64,000 bases of DNA from Burkholderiaceae bacterium (GTDB taxonomy: Bacteria > Pseudomonadota > Gammaproteobacteria > Burkholderiales > Burkholderiaceae_C), in assembly GCA_040382935.1 (NCBI GenBank), contig JBEIEP010000015.1, positions 213 through 64,212 of the forward strand, given 5' to 3'. Below are positions 38,721 through 49,826 of this stretch, piece by piece. A program made the translations under genes and the position numbers. Position 1 is the stretch's first letter, and every line of letters starts with the position of its first letter. The notes below the pieces were generated by a model. It saw only the letters and a program-made list of their open reading frames with translations, had not been told where the DNA came from and searched no databases.

Positions 38721-39269
38721 TCAAATAGCTGGAGTACTTGCGATAACACGCTCCAAGGTGGCATTTAAGTCGGCGTCGTTCACCAACAATCTGCCATATC
38801 GGATGTGTCCGGAAACGATGGCGCCGGGGTGCAGCTCCACGCGGCCTCCTGGCGCGTTTAGCGAGCCTGCGTACAAACCCATGACGGAGGCGTGGCTTAC
38901 GTGTAAATCGGCTTGTACTACGCCCGTTCCGGTAATCACAATGCTGGCCGATTGCCCTAACAAGGGCTTAAGATGCCCCTCAAAGCTCCCGGAAATGCTG
39001 CAGGCGCCCTTGATCAAAGCTTTGCCTCTGAACTGCCATCCGTCTTGCAACACCGATAGCGCGTGCTCCTTCATCGCGATGTGTTCTGATTGTTCAGTGG
39101 GAGACAGAGGTGCCGACAGGGTAGGAATCTCGGCTGCATCGGGCATAGCGACTCCCAAGACCATAGTAGGCCCTGTGACAGGAAGCGAAGGCGCTTCAGA
39201 TACGCCTTGACTTAAGGGATTGTTGTGGGTGTCGGGCATTGCGTGGGCTCCAAGGATTGAATCTAACAC
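38721..39269 (-). CDS. Bactofilin-domain protein (paralog 2)
   Basis: Contains FRGKALIKGACSISGSFEGHL...VITGTGVVQADLHVSHASVMGLYAGSL...VSGHIRYGRLLV. Confidence 0.7.
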   Translation of the reverse strand: MLDSILGAHAMPDTHNNPLSQGVSEAPSLPVTGPTMVLGVAMPDAAEIPTLSAPLSPTEQSEHIAMKEHALSVLQDGWQFRGKALIKGACSISGSFEGHLKPLLGQSASIVITGTGVVQADLHVSHASVMGLYAGSLNAPGGRVELHPGAIVSGHIRYGRLLVNDADLNATLERVIASTPAI

Positions 39270-39285
39270 AAACGGTTAATCGGTC

Positions 39286-39687
39286 TTACACATTGGGTTT
39301 GAGCGTTCGCATTTCGCCGGTGACTTTGGCCCCTTCGTAAAGCCGCAAACCAACGGTCAAAACGGTAGCGAAACTCACCGCGCTAAACGCCATGTAGGTA
39401 GTGCCATGACATTCAATAAGTGTTTCGTCTAAACCGGGGTTCTTACTGCCAAGCTGACCAAAGACATAGAGGTCACCGGTGATTCTGAAATGACCTATCA
39501 GAAGGCTTTTTTGGGTCATGACTAGGTTACCCGCCACCAGTCCACTGCCGTGCCAATGCCCTTGAAGCAATAGCCCCCCCTGGTAGGCGTGTGCTCCTTT
39601 TACCACTGTTCCAGGAGCCAACAGGTTGATCAACCCCAACTGCGAAGGGTTGATCTTCAATACATCGGCCTGAGTCGACTGGCTCAC
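39286..39687 (-). CDS. Bactofilin-domain protein (paralog 3)
   Basis: Contains VVKGAHAYQGGLLLQGHWHGSGLVAGNLVMTQKSLLIGHFRITGDLYVFG. I chose the GTG at 39687 because it has AGGAG upstream and a GTGA overlap with the upstream stop. Confidence 0.6.
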   Translation of the reverse strand: MSQSTQADVLKINPSQLGLINLLAPGTVVKGAHAYQGGLLLQGHWHGSGLVAGNLVMTQKSLLIGHFRITGDLYVFGQLGSKNPGLDETLIECHGTTYMAFSAVSFATVLTVGLRLYEGAKVTGEMRTLKPNV

Positions 39688-40013
39688 GTCAACACTCCTG
39701 AGCGCGCGATACCCCAGATCAATAACCCACCACCAGCCAGCCCCAACACCAAGGGGACAAGCAAGGGCTTGACCCTTTTCCACCGGGATGGGCTTTGAAT
39801 CAATGGGTCTCTATGGGCATGCATGGTCGGCGGTATATCTAACTTAGCGTCTATGAGGGCACGCAGTGGATCCGACAGCCACTGCGCTTGTAGCAACTTA
39901 GGATTTCTTCCAGCCAGCATGTATTTGGCATTGTCTACGGTCATCGGAGTTCCCAGTTCAATGGGGTCTAGCGAGCCTAGAATGGCGTTGGTAAATGTGT
40001 CGTTTCGTTCCAC
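39684..40013 (-). CDS. Hypothetical protein with C-terminal TM anchor
   Basis: It leads the bactofilin cluster. The C-terminal LLVPLVLGLAGGGLLIWGIA is hydrophobic. I recognised no family motif. Confidence 0.45.
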   Translation of the reverse strand: MERNDTFTNAILGSLDPIELGTPMTVDNAKYMLAGRNPKLLQAQWLSDPLRALIDAKLDIPPTMHAHRDPLIQSPSRWKRVKPLLVPLVLGLAGGGLLIWGIARSGVLT

Positions 40014-40036
40014 GCTTATCCTTTGTTTTCGTCGCT

Positions 40037-41173
40037 ATGTCAACAATTTTATACCTCACCCAAATTCAAATGGCTTTCGGTGCCATTGGCCAATTGCCCG
40101 CTGAATGCAAACGCCTAGGCGTTGCCAGACCACTGATTGTGACCGACCCTGGCATTGCGGCCACGGGGCTGCTTTCAACGGTGCAGACGCAGTTGGGGGC
40201 GCTGCCCCATGCGGTGTTTGCCGCAACGCCTTCTAACCCCACGGAGGCGGCCGTGCGCCAAGCCAGTGCGGTGTACCACAGTGAGGGGTGTGACGGGCTG
40301 ATTGCGCTGGGCGGTGGCTCGTCGATTGACTGCGCCAAAGGGGTGGCCATTGCGGTTACCCACCCTGGCCCTTTGATGACGTATGCCACCATTGAAGGGG
40401 GATCGCCACTGATTTCTGACCGTGTGCCCCCTATCGTGGCCATACCCACCACGGCGGGCACGGGCAGTGAGGTGGCGCGTGGGGCTATTTTGATTGTGGA
40501 CGACGGACGCAAATTGGGCTTTCATAGCTGGCATTTGCTGCCTAAATCGGCCTTGTGTGACCCTGATTTGACGTTGGACTTGCCGCCTTTTTTAACGGCG
40601 GCCACTGGCATGGACGCGATTGCCCATTGCATGGAAACGTTTATGGCACCGCCATTTAACCCACCGGCAGACGCTATCGCACTGGACGGCCTGGAACGGG
40701 GCTGGGGACATATTGAACGGGCCACGCGCGACGGCCACGACAAAGAGGCTAGATTGCAAATGATGAGCGCCAGCATGCAAGGGGCCATGGCGTTTCAAAA
40801 AGGGCTGGGCTGCGTGCATTCGCTCAGCCATAGCCTGGGTGGGCTGATACCCCGTTTGCACCATGGCACTTTGAATGCCCTGTTTTTACCGGCCGTGATT
40901 GCCTTTAACCGGGAGGCCGAATCGGTAAAAAGCAACCGGCGTTTAGAACGCATGGCAGCGGCCATGGGATTGCCCGGCCAGGCAGACATAGAACAGGCGA
41001 TTTACGCCATGAACGCGCGCTTAGGCTTGCCCAAAGGCCTTGGCGAACTAGGCGTGACGCCGGGTGACTTTGATGCAATCATTAAAGGTGCCTTGGCCGA
41101 CCATTGCCACAAAACCAACCCGCGCCTTGCCAGCGCGGAGGATTACCGCAACATGCTGCAACAGGCGATGTAG
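40037..41173 (+). CDS. Iron-containing alcohol dehydrogenase
   Basis: Contains LIALGGGSSIDCAKG, TTAGTGSE and a histidine cluster AHCMETF...HSLSH. Confidence 0.85.
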   Translation: MSTILYLTQIQMAFGAIGQLPAECKRLGVARPLIVTDPGIAATGLLSTVQTQLGALPHAVFAATPSNPTEAAVRQASAVYHSEGCDGLIALGGGSSIDCAKGVAIAVTHPGPLMTYATIEGGSPLISDRVPPIVAIPTTAGTGSEVARGAILIVDDGRKLGFHSWHLLPKSALCDPDLTLDLPPFLTAATGMDAIAHCMETFMAPPFNPPADAIALDGLERGWGHIERATRDGHDKEARLQMMSASMQGAMAFQKGLGCVHSLSHSLGGLIPRLHHGTLNALFLPAVIAFNREAESVKSNRRLERMAAAMGLPGQADIEQAIYAMNARLGLPKGLGELGVTPGDFDAIIKGALADHCHKTNPRLASAEDYRNMLQQAM

Positions 41174-41200
41174 AACCCACTACCCGGCTGGGGGGCCGGT

Positions 41201-43030
41201 TTAAACAATGCCGCGGTTGGCTTTTTTGCGGTCGTGCTCTTTCAGGTGGCGTTTGCGCAGACGAATCGACTTGGGCGTGATTTCGGCCAATTCGTCATCT
41301 TCAATAAACTCCACTGCGTATTCCAGTGAAAGCTGGATGGCTGAGGTGATCTTGATCGCGTCTTCTTTGCCGCTGACCCTGAAGTTGGTCAATTGTTTCT
41401 GGCGCACCGCGTTAACGATTAAGTCGTTGTCGCGGCTATGAATACCCACAATCATGCCCTCATACACCGGATCTCCTGCTTTTACAAACATACGTCCACG
41501 GTCGTCCAACTTACCTAGGGCGTAGGTCACGATTTCGCCTTCGTCCATACTGATGAGCACGCCGTTTTTGCGGCTGGCAATTTCACCCTTGTAGGCCTCG
41601 TAGCCGTCAAAAATGTTGCTGCACAGGCCAGAGCCTCGGGTGGCGTTTAAAAACTCGTTCTGAAAACCAATCAGGCCGCGCGCAGGGATGCGGTATTCCA
41701 TACGCACCCGGCCACGCCCATCGGGTTCGAGGTTGACAAGGTCGGCTTTGCGTTCACCCAAGGCCTGCATCACGGCACCTTGGTGGCCTTCTTCAATGTC
41801 TACGGTCAGTAATTCAATCGGCTCATAGCGCTCGCCGTTGACTTCTTTGAACACCACGCGGGGCTTCGATACGGCCAGCTCGTAGCCTTCACGGCGCATG
41901 TTCTCAAGCAGGATGGTCAAGTGCAACTCGCCGCGGCCCATTACCTCATAAATACCGTCTTCATCGGTGTCTTTGACGCGCAGGGCAACGTTGGCTTGCA
42001 ACTCCTTTTCTAGGCGGTCTCTGAGCTGGCGACTGGTCACAAACTTGCCTTCGCGCCCTGCCAGAGGCGAGGTGTTCACGCAAAAATTCATGGTCAGGGT
42101 GGGCTCATCAATCGTGAGCATGGGCAACGGTGCGGGGTTGAGCGGATCGGTCAGGGTGGTGCCGATGTTGATCTCTTCCACGCCGTTGACCAACACGATG
42201 TCTCCGGGGCCAGCAATATCGGCTTGCAGGCGTTCTAGACCGGCAAACTTGAGTACTTGGTTGACGCGCCCACGCACAGCCTTGCCATCGGCGCCTTCCA
42301 TGGCCAATACGTCTTGCCCTGGGCGAAGGGTGCCCGCGTTGATACGGCCCACTCCTATGCGCCCCACATAGCTTGAGTAATCAAGCGAACAGATTTGCAA
42401 TTGCAATGGGGCATTGGGGTCACCCTGGTGGGCGGGAACCCGGCTTAACACCGTGTTGAAAAGAGCGGCCAAGTCCTCGCCCCATCGTTCGCCCTCTACG
42501 CCCTCGGTCAGGCTGGCCCAGCCGTTAAGGCCTGAGGCGTACACCACAGGAAAGTCGAGTTGGTCTTCGGTGGCGCCCAGTTTGTCAAACAAGTCAAACG
42601 CGGCATTGATGACGTAATCGGGGCGTGAGCCTGGGCGGTCAACCTTGTTAACCACCACGATAGGCTTGAGGCCCAGCGCCAAGGCTTTTTTGGTCACAAA
42701 GCGGGTTTGCGGCATGGGGCCTTCGACGGCGTCAATCAACAAAACCACGCCGTCCACCATAGACAATGCGCGCTCCACCTCCCCCCCAAAATCGGCGTGG
42801 CCTGGGGTGTCAACGATGTTGATGTGGGTGTCTAACCAACTTACCGCGCAGTTTTTGGCAAGAATGGTAATGCCGCGTTCGCGCTCTAAGTCGTTGCTGT
42901 CCATCACGCGCTCGGTCATTTTTTCGTTTTCTCGAAAAGTGCCGCTTTGGCGCAGCATTTGGTCCACCAAGGTGGTTTTGCCGTGGTCCACGTGGGCAAT
43001 GATGGCGATGTTTCGGATTTGCTTGTTCAT
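41201..43030 (-). CDS. typA: Translational GTPase TypA/BipA
   Basis: Contains [31 protein letters not shown] and NKVDR. Confidence 0.95.
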   Translation of the reverse strand: MNKQIRNIAIIAHVDHGKTTLVDQMLRQSGTFRENEKMTERVMDSNDLERERGITILAKNCAVSWLDTHINIVDTPGHADFGGEVERALSMVDGVVLLIDAVEGPMPQTRFVTKKALALGLKPIVVVNKVDRPGSRPDYVINAAFDLFDKLGATEDQLDFPVVYASGLNGWASLTEGVEGERWGEDLAALFNTVLSRVPAHQGDPNAPLQLQICSLDYSSYVGRIGVGRINAGTLRPGQDVLAMEGADGKAVRGRVNQVLKFAGLERLQADIAGPGDIVLVNGVEEINIGTTLTDPLNPAPLPMLTIDEPTLTMNFCVNTSPLAGREGKFVTSRQLRDRLEKELQANVALRVKDTDEDGIYEVMGRGELHLTILLENMRREGYELAVSKPRVVFKEVNGERYEPIELLTVDIEEGHQGAVMQALGERKADLVNLEPDGRGRVRMEYRIPARGLIGFQNEFLNATRGSGLCSNIFDGYEAYKGEIASRKNGVLISMDEGEIVTYALGKLDDRGRMFVKAGDPVYEGMIVGIHSRDNDLIVNAVRQKQLTNFRVSGKEDAIKITSAIQLSLEYAVEFIEDDELAEITPKSIRLRKRHLKEHDRKKANRGIV

Positions 43031-43080
43031 GGTGTCTTTCTGAATACGTGAATCAATAAAGGGTTGACGTTGGCGAGGAG

Positions 43081-44088
43081 TTAGCTGCCAAACAAAGGTG
43101 CGGGTACGGGCAAGTGCGCCGTCGACAGAATTTGAGCGATTTCTTGCGGGTTCAGTAAACGATCAGGAATCAGCTCGCCGGCCACTATATGGGCCGTGCC
43201 CAACAGGGCGGCTGGTTCGCTGCCATAAACGGCAACAGTTGGGGCATCGGGGTGCTGAACACGCCTACGCAATCCACTTAGAAAGCGGCCTGCTTCGCTA
43301 GGTTCAAGCGTCATAGTCATGTGGCCACTGAGTAGCACGTCTACGGGTTTAATGGTGGCGGCGCGATCGGCTTCATTGGCTTCTTCCAGTTCGGTCAAGG
43401 TGACCGCCAACGACAGATCAAACGGCCCGGTTTTGGTCCGCCTGAGCGCGATCAAATGCCCCGCAGTTCCTAGTGCTTTGGCGATGTCTTCACCCAGGGT
43501 GCGAATATAGGTGCCTTTGCTGCAATCGACCTGTAGGCCAAGCAGTTGTGTGCCTTGGCCGGTTGAGTCATGCGGGCTGGGCGTAAAGGCATGCAGATGG
43601 CCTTGAATCGAGTGAATACGAATGGCGCGGGGCTCACGCGGGATGTCAATGCCGTCTCTGGCGTACTCGTAGAGCGCCTTGCCATCTTTTTTGAGCGCAC
43701 TGTACATAGGCGGCGTCTGCAACAAGGGGCCGATAAAGCGAGGCAATACCGCGTCTACATCCCCCTGCGTGACTTGAGACGCTTGGCGTTGCAGCACCTG
43801 CCCCATCGCGTCGCCCGAGTCCGTTGCTATGCCTAAGCAAACCATTGCTTCATAGGATTTATCGGCATCCAGATGAATTTGACTAAATTTGGTGGCAGCC
43901 CCAAAACACAGCGGCAAGGCACCGGTGGCCATGGGGTCTAAGGTGCCGGTATGGCCCGCTTTTTCAGCGCGCAGCAGCCATTTGACGCGCTGCAAGGCCT
44001 GGTTGCTTGAAAGCCCCTGCGGTTTGTCCAACAAAAGCACCCCATGCACAGGGCGCCTAGGCACCTTTGTGCGTGGCGGCGTGTTCAT
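43081..44088 (-). CDS. truB: tRNA pseudouridine(55) synthase
   Basis: Contains GVLLLDKPQGLSSNQAL...GHTGTLDPMATG (catalytic Asp). Confidence 0.9.
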   Translation of the reverse strand: MNTPPRTKVPRRPVHGVLLLDKPQGLSSNQALQRVKWLLRAEKAGHTGTLDPMATGALPLCFGAATKFSQIHLDADKSYEAMVCLGIATDSGDAMGQVLQRQASQVTQGDVDAVLPRFIGPLLQTPPMYSALKKDGKALYEYARDGIDIPREPRAIRIHSIQGHLHAFTPSPHDSTGQGTQLLGLQVDCSKGTYIRTLGEDIAKALGTAGHLIALRRTKTGPFDLSLAVTLTELEEANEADRAATIKPVDVLLSGHMTMTLEPSEAGRFLSGLRRRVQHPDAPTVAVYGSEPAALLGTAHIVAGELIPDRLLNPQEIAQILSTAHLPVPAPLFGS

Positions 44089-44090
44089 GC

Positions 44091-44462
44091 TTAGTCCTCT
44101 TTTGCCCGCGACGAAACGGCCTTGGCGATCAGTGCGTTAAGGTCTGCGGCACGCTCTGGCGTACGGTCAAAAATGAAATGCAAGGTGGGCACCGTGTGGA
44201 TATGCAAGCGTTTGAACAGGCCTTTGCGCAAAAAGCCCGCTGCTTGGTTAAGGGCATCGGCCGTTTGCTGAACATCACCACTCATCACACTGAAATACAC
44301 CTTGGCATGGGCGTAATCGGGCGTGACCTCAACGCCTTGCAGCGTGACCATGCCCACCCGTGGGTCTTTTAACTCACGGGCGATCAACTCGGAGAGGTCG
44401 CGCGTAATCTGGTCGGCGACCTGAAACCCCCGGTGTTGATGCGTTGCCTTTTTTATCGCCAT
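44091..44462 (-). CDS. rbfA: Ribosome-binding factor A
   Basis: Contains [29 protein letters not shown]. It sits in the infB-rbfA-truB order. Confidence 0.9.
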   Translation of the reverse strand: MAIKKATHQHRGFQVADQITRDLSELIARELKDPRVGMVTLQGVEVTPDYAHAKVYFSVMSGDVQQTADALNQAAGFLRKGLFKRLHIHTVPTLHFIFDRTPERAADLNALIAKAVSSRAKED

Positions 44463-44476
44463 GCCAATTGCCCTGC

Positions 44477-47431
44477 TTACAGGCTACGGGCCACTTCGCG
44501 AATCTCAAAGAACTCCAACTGATCGCCTTCAACGATGTCGTTGTAGTTTTTGATATTCAAACCGCACTCAAACTGCTCTTTGACTTCTTTGACGTCGTCT
44601 TTGAAGCGTTTGAGCGAATCGAGTTCGCCCGTGAACACGACCACGTTGTTGCGTAGCAAGCGCAGCTTGGCGGTACGCCGCACAACGCCTGACGTGACCA
44701 TACAACCCGCAATAGAACCCACCTTGCTGACCTTGATCACCTGGCGAATCTCTGCCGTGCCAATCACTTCTTCTTGCTTGTCGGGCGTCAACATGCCGGA
44801 CATGGCGGCTTTGAGCTCATCCACAGCGTCGTAAATGATGTTGTAGTAACGGATCTCAACGCCATTGCCTTCGGCCAGTTTGCGGGCCCCTGCATCCGCG
44901 CGGGTGTTAAAGCCGATGACCACGGCCTTAGAAGCAATAGCCAAATTGACGTCCGACTCGCTGATGCCACCCACACCGGAGTACACCAGTTGTACGCGCA
45001 CCTCGTCGGTAGAGAGCTTTTGCAATGACGAGGACAAGGCCTCTTGCGAGCCCTGTACGTCGGCTTTGACAATGATGGGCAAGAGTTTGACTTCACCGGC
45101 CGTCATGTCGGTAAACATGTTCTCTAGCTTGGAGGCTTGCTGCTTGGCCAGCTTGGTATGGCGGAACTTGCCGGCACGGTAGGTGGCAATTTCACGGGCA
45201 CGGCGCTCGTCGCCTAGCACCATGAACTCGTCACCAGCCTGGGGAACTTCCGTCAAACCTTGAATCTCGACCGGAATCGACGGACCTGCGCTTTTGCATG
45301 GTTTACCGTTCTCGTCCAGCATGGCACGCACGCGGCCATAGGTTTGGCCAGCCAACACCACGTCACCTGCGCTAAGCGTGCCGGTCTGCACCAAGATGGT
45401 CGCCACAGGGCCACGGCCTTTGTCCAGACGCGCTTCAATCACCAAACCTTTTGCTGCCGCAACCACAGGGGCTTTAAGTTCAAGCACCTCCGCTTGCAGG
45501 AGCACCTGCTCCAGCAGCGCGTCAATGCCAGCACCGGTACGGGCGGAAACGTTGACGAATGGCGACTCGCCTCCGTACTCTTCAGGTACCACCTCTTCGG
45601 CTACCAACTCTTGCCTTACGCGGTCAGGGTTGGAGTCGGGCTTGTCGATTTTGTTGATTGCTACAACGATAGGAACGCCCGCCGCTTTAGCGTGTTTGAT
45701 CGCCTCTTTGGTTTGCGGCATTACACCGTCGTCGGCAGCCACTACCAAAATAACAATGTCGGTCGCTTTAGCACCACGTGCACGCATGGCCGTAAAGGCG
45801 GCGTGGCCTGGGGTGTCCAAGAATGAGATCATGCCGCGTGGCGTTTCGACATGGTAGGCCCCAATGTGCTGGGTAATCCCACCGGCTTCGCCCGCAGCAA
45901 CTTTGGCACGACGGATGTAATCCAGCAAAGAGGTCTTGCCGTGGTCCACGTGGCCCATCACCGTCACCACAGGCGCGCGGGTGATCGACTCGGCCTGATG
46001 GCTGGTCACTTCCTCTTCAGTAAATGCCTCGGGGTCGTCCAAAGCAGCGGTAATCGCCTTGTGGCCCATTTCCTCAACCACAATCATTGCGGTGTCTTGG
46101 TCAAGCGGCTGGTTAATGGTGACCATTTGGCCCAGCTTCATCAACTGCTTGATGACTTCAGAGGCCTTGATGGCCATCTTGTGGGCCAACTCGGCCACCG
46201 TAATCGTTTCAGGTACGTGCACTTCAATGACCCGTGCCTCCACCTGCACTTGGGTTTGCATCATGGGCTCGTCGCGACGGTCTGACTTCCGGCCACGCGG
46301 TCCGGCACGCCAGGCGTTTGCGCCTGGGCGTGTGCTGGCATTGGTGTCGCCACGGGTTTTGATTTCCTTTTTCTTGGCCGGATCACCCGCCCAGCTAGAG
46401 GACATCTTGGCCGACTTGAGCTCTTTGACCGCGCCTGGCGCAGCGGTGCCAGTAGCGGCTGGTTTGGCAGGCGCACCGGTTGCTGGTTTGTGCAATGTGC
46501 CTGTGAGAGGTGCCTTAGGCGGCTCAGGCTTTTTCGCCACCATCGCTTTTTGCGGCGATGACATCATGGAACGAATCGCAGCAGCCTCGGTTTCGGCTTG
46601 TTTGCGGCGTGTGGCCAAATCTACGGCGCGCAGTTCGTCGGTCATTTCAAGGCGCGCAGCTGCGGCTTTGCTGACCGCCGCACTCATGGGCGGTGCTTTT
46701 TGGAACTTGCTTTCAGCGGGCTTGACCACATTGGCCGGTGCAGCAACCACTGGTGCGGTAACGACTGCTGGTGTTGCCGGTACTGGGGTAACCGCGGTAG
46801 GTGCACCAGCTGCATCAACTTTTCCGCGGCGCTTGGGTGCAGCTTTCGCCGCATTCTCAGCCTCTAGTTGGGCTGCAGCTGCTAGTGCGGCCTGCTCTGC
46901 CAATTGCGCTTGTCTGCTGGCCTCTTCGGCCGCCAAACGGGCGGCTTCGGCGTCTTTGGCGTTTTGCTCGGCTTGCAAGCGGCGCTTTTCGGCCAAATCC
47001 TGTTCTTGCAGACGGATTAAGGTGGCCTGCTTTTCAGCTTCTTCAGCACGCTGATTCAATAGATTCTGTTCAACGACGGCGGTGTGCTCTTCTAACTCCG
47101 CGGCCTCGGGTTTGCCCCCTTCGGCTTGGCCGTCACGTTGCACAAACACGCGCTTTTTACGAACCTCTACCTGAATGGTGCGGGCTTTTCCGCTGGCGTC
47201 AGCCTGCTTGATTTCGGTGGTCGACTTTTTGACCAGAGTAATTTTTTTGCGTTCACCCGCAACCGCTCCGTGGCTGCTTTTTAGGTAGGCCAATAGCTTT
47301 TGTTTGTCGGTTTCGCTGATGGTTTCGCTGGTGTCGCTCTTTGGAACGCCAGCGCTTTGCAATTGCTCTAGTAGGGCCTCAGGTGACCGTTTCAGTTCAG
47401 CGGCAAATTCCGCGACAGTAGTGGTGGACAT
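44477..47431 (-). CDS. infB: Translation initiation factor IF-2
   Basis: Ala/Lys/Glu-rich N-terminal region followed by [22 protein letters not shown] and NKID. Confidence 0.95.
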   Translation of the reverse strand: MSTTTVAEFAAELKRSPEALLEQLQSAGVPKSDTSETISETDKQKLLAYLKSSHGAVAGERKKITLVKKSTTEIKQADASGKARTIQVEVRKKRVFVQRDGQAEGGKPEAAELEEHTAVVEQNLLNQRAEEAEKQATLIRLQEQDLAEKRRLQAEQNAKDAEAARLAAEEASRQAQLAEQAALAAAAQLEAENAAKAAPKRRGKVDAAGAPTAVTPVPATPAVVTAPVVAAPANVVKPAESKFQKAPPMSAAVSKAAAARLEMTDELRAVDLATRRKQAETEAAAIRSMMSSPQKAMVAKKPEPPKAPLTGTLHKPATGAPAKPAATGTAAPGAVKELKSAKMSSSWAGDPAKKKEIKTRGDTNASTRPGANAWRAGPRGRKSDRRDEPMMQTQVQVEARVIEVHVPETITVAELAHKMAIKASEVIKQLMKLGQMVTINQPLDQDTAMIVVEEMGHKAITAALDDPEAFTEEEVTSHQAESITRAPVVTVMGHVDHGKTSLLDYIRRAKVAAGEAGGITQHIGAYHVETPRGMISFLDTPGHAAFTAMRARGAKATDIVILVVAADDGVMPQTKEAIKHAKAAGVPIVVAINKIDKPDSNPDRVRQELVAEEVVPEEYGGESPFVNVSARTGAGIDALLEQVLLQAEVLELKAPVVAAAKGLVIEARLDKGRGPVATILVQTGTLSAGDVVLAGQTYGRVRAMLDENGKPCKSAGPSIPVEIQGLTEVPQAGDEFMVLGDERRAREIATYRAGKFRHTKLAKQQASKLENMFTDMTAGEVKLLPIIVKADVQGSQEALSSSLQKLSTDEVRVQLVYSGVGGISESDVNLAIASKAVVIGFNTRADAGARKLAEGNGVEIRYYNIIYDAVDELKAAMSGMLTPDKQEEVIGTAEIRQVIKVSKVGSIAGCMVTSGVVRRTAKLRLLRNNVVVFTGELDSLKRFKDDVKEVKEQFECGLNIKNYNDIVEGDQLEFFEIREVARSL

Positions 47432-47452
47432 AGTTGGAATACCCTTTCATGA

Positions 47453-48952
47453 TCAGTTCTCAGAAGACGCAGATTCACTGGAAAACCAGTGCGCTCGTGC
47501 CTTCATGATCAATGTTTTAGCCTCTTCTTCAGACTGGCCGGTGATTTCCACCAGTTCGTCCACCGCCAGATCGGCCAGATCATCCAGGGTGTGTATGCCG
47601 CCTGCAGCCAGTTTGGCAATCAGGTCAGCGGTCAGTCCATCGAGATCACGCAGGTCTTGGGTGGCCTCTTCGACCCCCTCCTCGCGCACAATTTCCATAG
47701 TTAGCAGGGCATCTTTGGCACGGGCGCGCAGCTCGTTAACGGTGTCTTCGTCAAAGCCTTCAATCTCAAGCATCTCTTGCAGCGGCACGTAGGCCACCTC
47801 TTCGAGGCTGCTAAAGCCCTCGGCGATCAGCATATCGGCCACGTCCTCGTCAACGTCAAGCTTGGCCATGAACAAGGCGCGGCTGGCCTGGGTTTCTGTG
47901 GCGGCCTTCATGGCCGACTCGGCGGCGTCCAGAATATTGATTTTCCAGCCCGTCAGTTCAGAGCTAAGACGCACGTTTTGCCCGCCACGCCCAATCGCAA
48001 TCGCTAGGTTTTCTTCGTCTACCACCACGTCCATGGCGTGGCGTTCTTCGTCCACCACAATGGACTGCACGTTGGCGGGTGCCAAGGCACTGATCACGTA
48101 TTGGGCGGGATCGGCGCTCCACACCACGACTTCAACACGCTCACCGGCCAACTCATTGGTAATGGCGTTGACGCGGCTGCCCCGTACACCCACGCAGGTG
48201 CCAATAGGGTCGATTTTTTTGTCCAGCGAGTGCACCGCAAATTTGGCGCGTGAGCCCGGGTCACGGGTACAGCCTTTAACTTGCAGCAGTCCCTGCTCGA
48301 TCTCTGGTACTTCGTTACGGAACAGCTCAATCATGTACTCAGGAGAAGTACGTGACAAAATCAAAGGAGCGGTACGGGCGTTGTGGTCGACGCCAACAAT
48401 CAATGCACGTACGCGGTCGCCGGTACGAAGGTTTTCTTTGGGGATAAGGTCGGCACGGCGCAAGCGCCCTTCTACCCGTCCGCTCTCCACAATCACATCG
48501 CCTTTGTCCATCCGCTTAACGGTACCGACCAGGATTTTTTCTCCACGTGCCAAGTAATCGTTCAAGATCATTTCACGTTCGGCATCACGGATTTTTTGCA
48601 AAATCACTTGCTTAGCGGCCATGGCTCCAATACGGCCAATGGGTACAGAGGGAATGGACTCCTCAATGTACTCGTCAACCTCAATATCTTCGATTTGCTC
48701 TTGCGCTTCAAACAGCAACACTTCGGAGTCGGGCAGTTGCAGGCCTGCCTCGTTGGGCACCACGTGCCAGCGCCTAAAGGTTTCGTACTCGCCGCTGTCC
48801 CGGTCTACCGCGACACGAATGTCCACCTCGCCGGTATAGAGTTTCTTGGTGGCCTGTGCCAGAGCTGCCTCAACGGCACCGAACACCAGATCGGGTTCCA
48901 CGCTTTTTTCACGTGAGATGGCCTCTACCAACATCAACATTTCACGGTTCAT
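47453..48952 (-). CDS. nusA: Transcription termination/antitermination factor NusA
   Basis: Starts [16 protein letters not shown] and has S1, KH and acidic C-terminal repeat regions. Confidence 0.95.
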   Translation of the reverse strand: MNREMLMLVEAISREKSVEPDLVFGAVEAALAQATKKLYTGEVDIRVAVDRDSGEYETFRRWHVVPNEAGLQLPDSEVLLFEAQEQIEDIEVDEYIEESIPSVPIGRIGAMAAKQVILQKIRDAEREMILNDYLARGEKILVGTVKRMDKGDVIVESGRVEGRLRRADLIPKENLRTGDRVRALIVGVDHNARTAPLILSRTSPEYMIELFRNEVPEIEQGLLQVKGCTRDPGSRAKFAVHSLDKKIDPIGTCVGVRGSRVNAITNELAGERVEVVVWSADPAQYVISALAPANVQSIVVDEERHAMDVVVDEENLAIAIGRGGQNVRLSSELTGWKINILDAAESAMKAATETQASRALFMAKLDVDEDVADMLIAEGFSSLEEVAYVPLQEMLEIEGFDEDTVNELRARAKDALLTMEIVREEGVEEATQDLRDLDGLTADLIAKLAAGGIHTLDDLADLAVDELVEITGQSEEEAKTLIMKARAHWFSSESASSEN

Positions 48953-48965
48953 TTTCTGACTCCCT

Positions 48966-49586
48966 TTACTCTAAGTCGCTGGGACGCGCCGTGCGCCCAT
49001 TAAAATTTACGATCGGTGCCAAACGGGCTTCCTTGATTTCGGCCAAGGTAAACCCCAATACTTGCTCAAGCACTTGGCGCTTCTTACTTGCCGTCTTGCC
49101 TGCCAACACCCGGTTTTTATGCGCGGGCGGCAATTTTTTATCTACTACAGGCTCATCAACCCAAGCGATCTGCCATTGGCCGGGTAATTCACCGGCTCTC
49201 AACTCGCCTCGAAACTTTTTGCGATTGGCGTTGACCATACCCCCTGCCGCCGCACCCAAGGCCGCCTTGAGCGTGAGATCAATGGTTTGGCCCAAAAACC
49301 GATCAAAATCCACCGCATTACGCAATGGCCTGTCAATACCGGGTGAGGACACTTCAAGCCGCCTGTACTCAATGGCTTCGACCTCTAAGGCGAACTGCAA
49401 CTGACGGGTTACTTTTTCACAGTCTTCTACCGACAACACCGCGTTTGCCATCGCTTGGCCGCCAACTTCGGGCTGCCAAGGCACATCGATGGTGATGCGT
49501 ACTAGGCCACCCGCCGAGCGTTCAGTCTCAATCAACTCGTACCCTAATCCCGATACGGTTGTATTGACAATTTCTTGAAACGACAC
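48966..49586 (-). CDS. rimP: Ribosome maturation factor RimP
   Basis: Contains [22 protein letters not shown] and lies immediately upstream of nusA. Confidence 0.9.
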   Translation of the reverse strand: MSFQEIVNTTVSGLGYELIETERSAGGLVRITIDVPWQPEVGGQAMANAVLSVEDCEKVTRQLQFALEVEAIEYRRLEVSSPGIDRPLRNAVDFDRFLGQTIDLTLKAALGAAAGGMVNANRKKFRGELRAGELPGQWQIAWVDEPVVDKKLPPAHKNRVLAGKTASKKRQVLEQVLGFTLAEIKEARLAPIVNFNGRTARPSDLE

Positions 49587-49686
49587 TAAATCCCTACCCT
49601 ATTGAATAAACCGCGCAGACCAAAACCAAGCGCTGTGACCACCCGCACAGGCAAGCACCCCAGGCACTGCGCAAAACCGATCGCCC

Positions 49687-49716
49687 AAAAAAAACGGGCG
49701 TCTAAACGATGCCCGC
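49687..49716 (-). terminator. Rho-independent terminator after yejF
   Basis: The minus strand reads gCGGGC-atcgtttagac-GCCCG-TTTTTTTT. That is a 5-6 bp GC stem followed by T8, about 110 nt downstream of the yejF stop. Confidence 0.5.
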
Positions 49717-49826
49717 TTGCTTTAACACATCGGATTATAGCGTTTTTTTGGTGCTTGCGACGTAAGAACTGCCTTTATCCAGCGCGACTGGCCATTCAAC
49801 ACAAACCAAGTGGGGATGCCAATACC

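Noticed and set aside
41184-41198. Hairpin ccggc-tgggg-gccgg between convergent adh and typA as a bidirectional terminator
   Set aside because: It has only a 5-bp stem and no T-tract on either strand. It is too weak to call.
46059-47054. 331-aa plus-strand ORF inside infB
   Set aside because: It is antisense to a well-supported gene and has an Ala/Ser/Gly-rich low-complexity translation typical of high-GC antisense frames. The same reasoning applies to 45260-45826 and 45378-45857.
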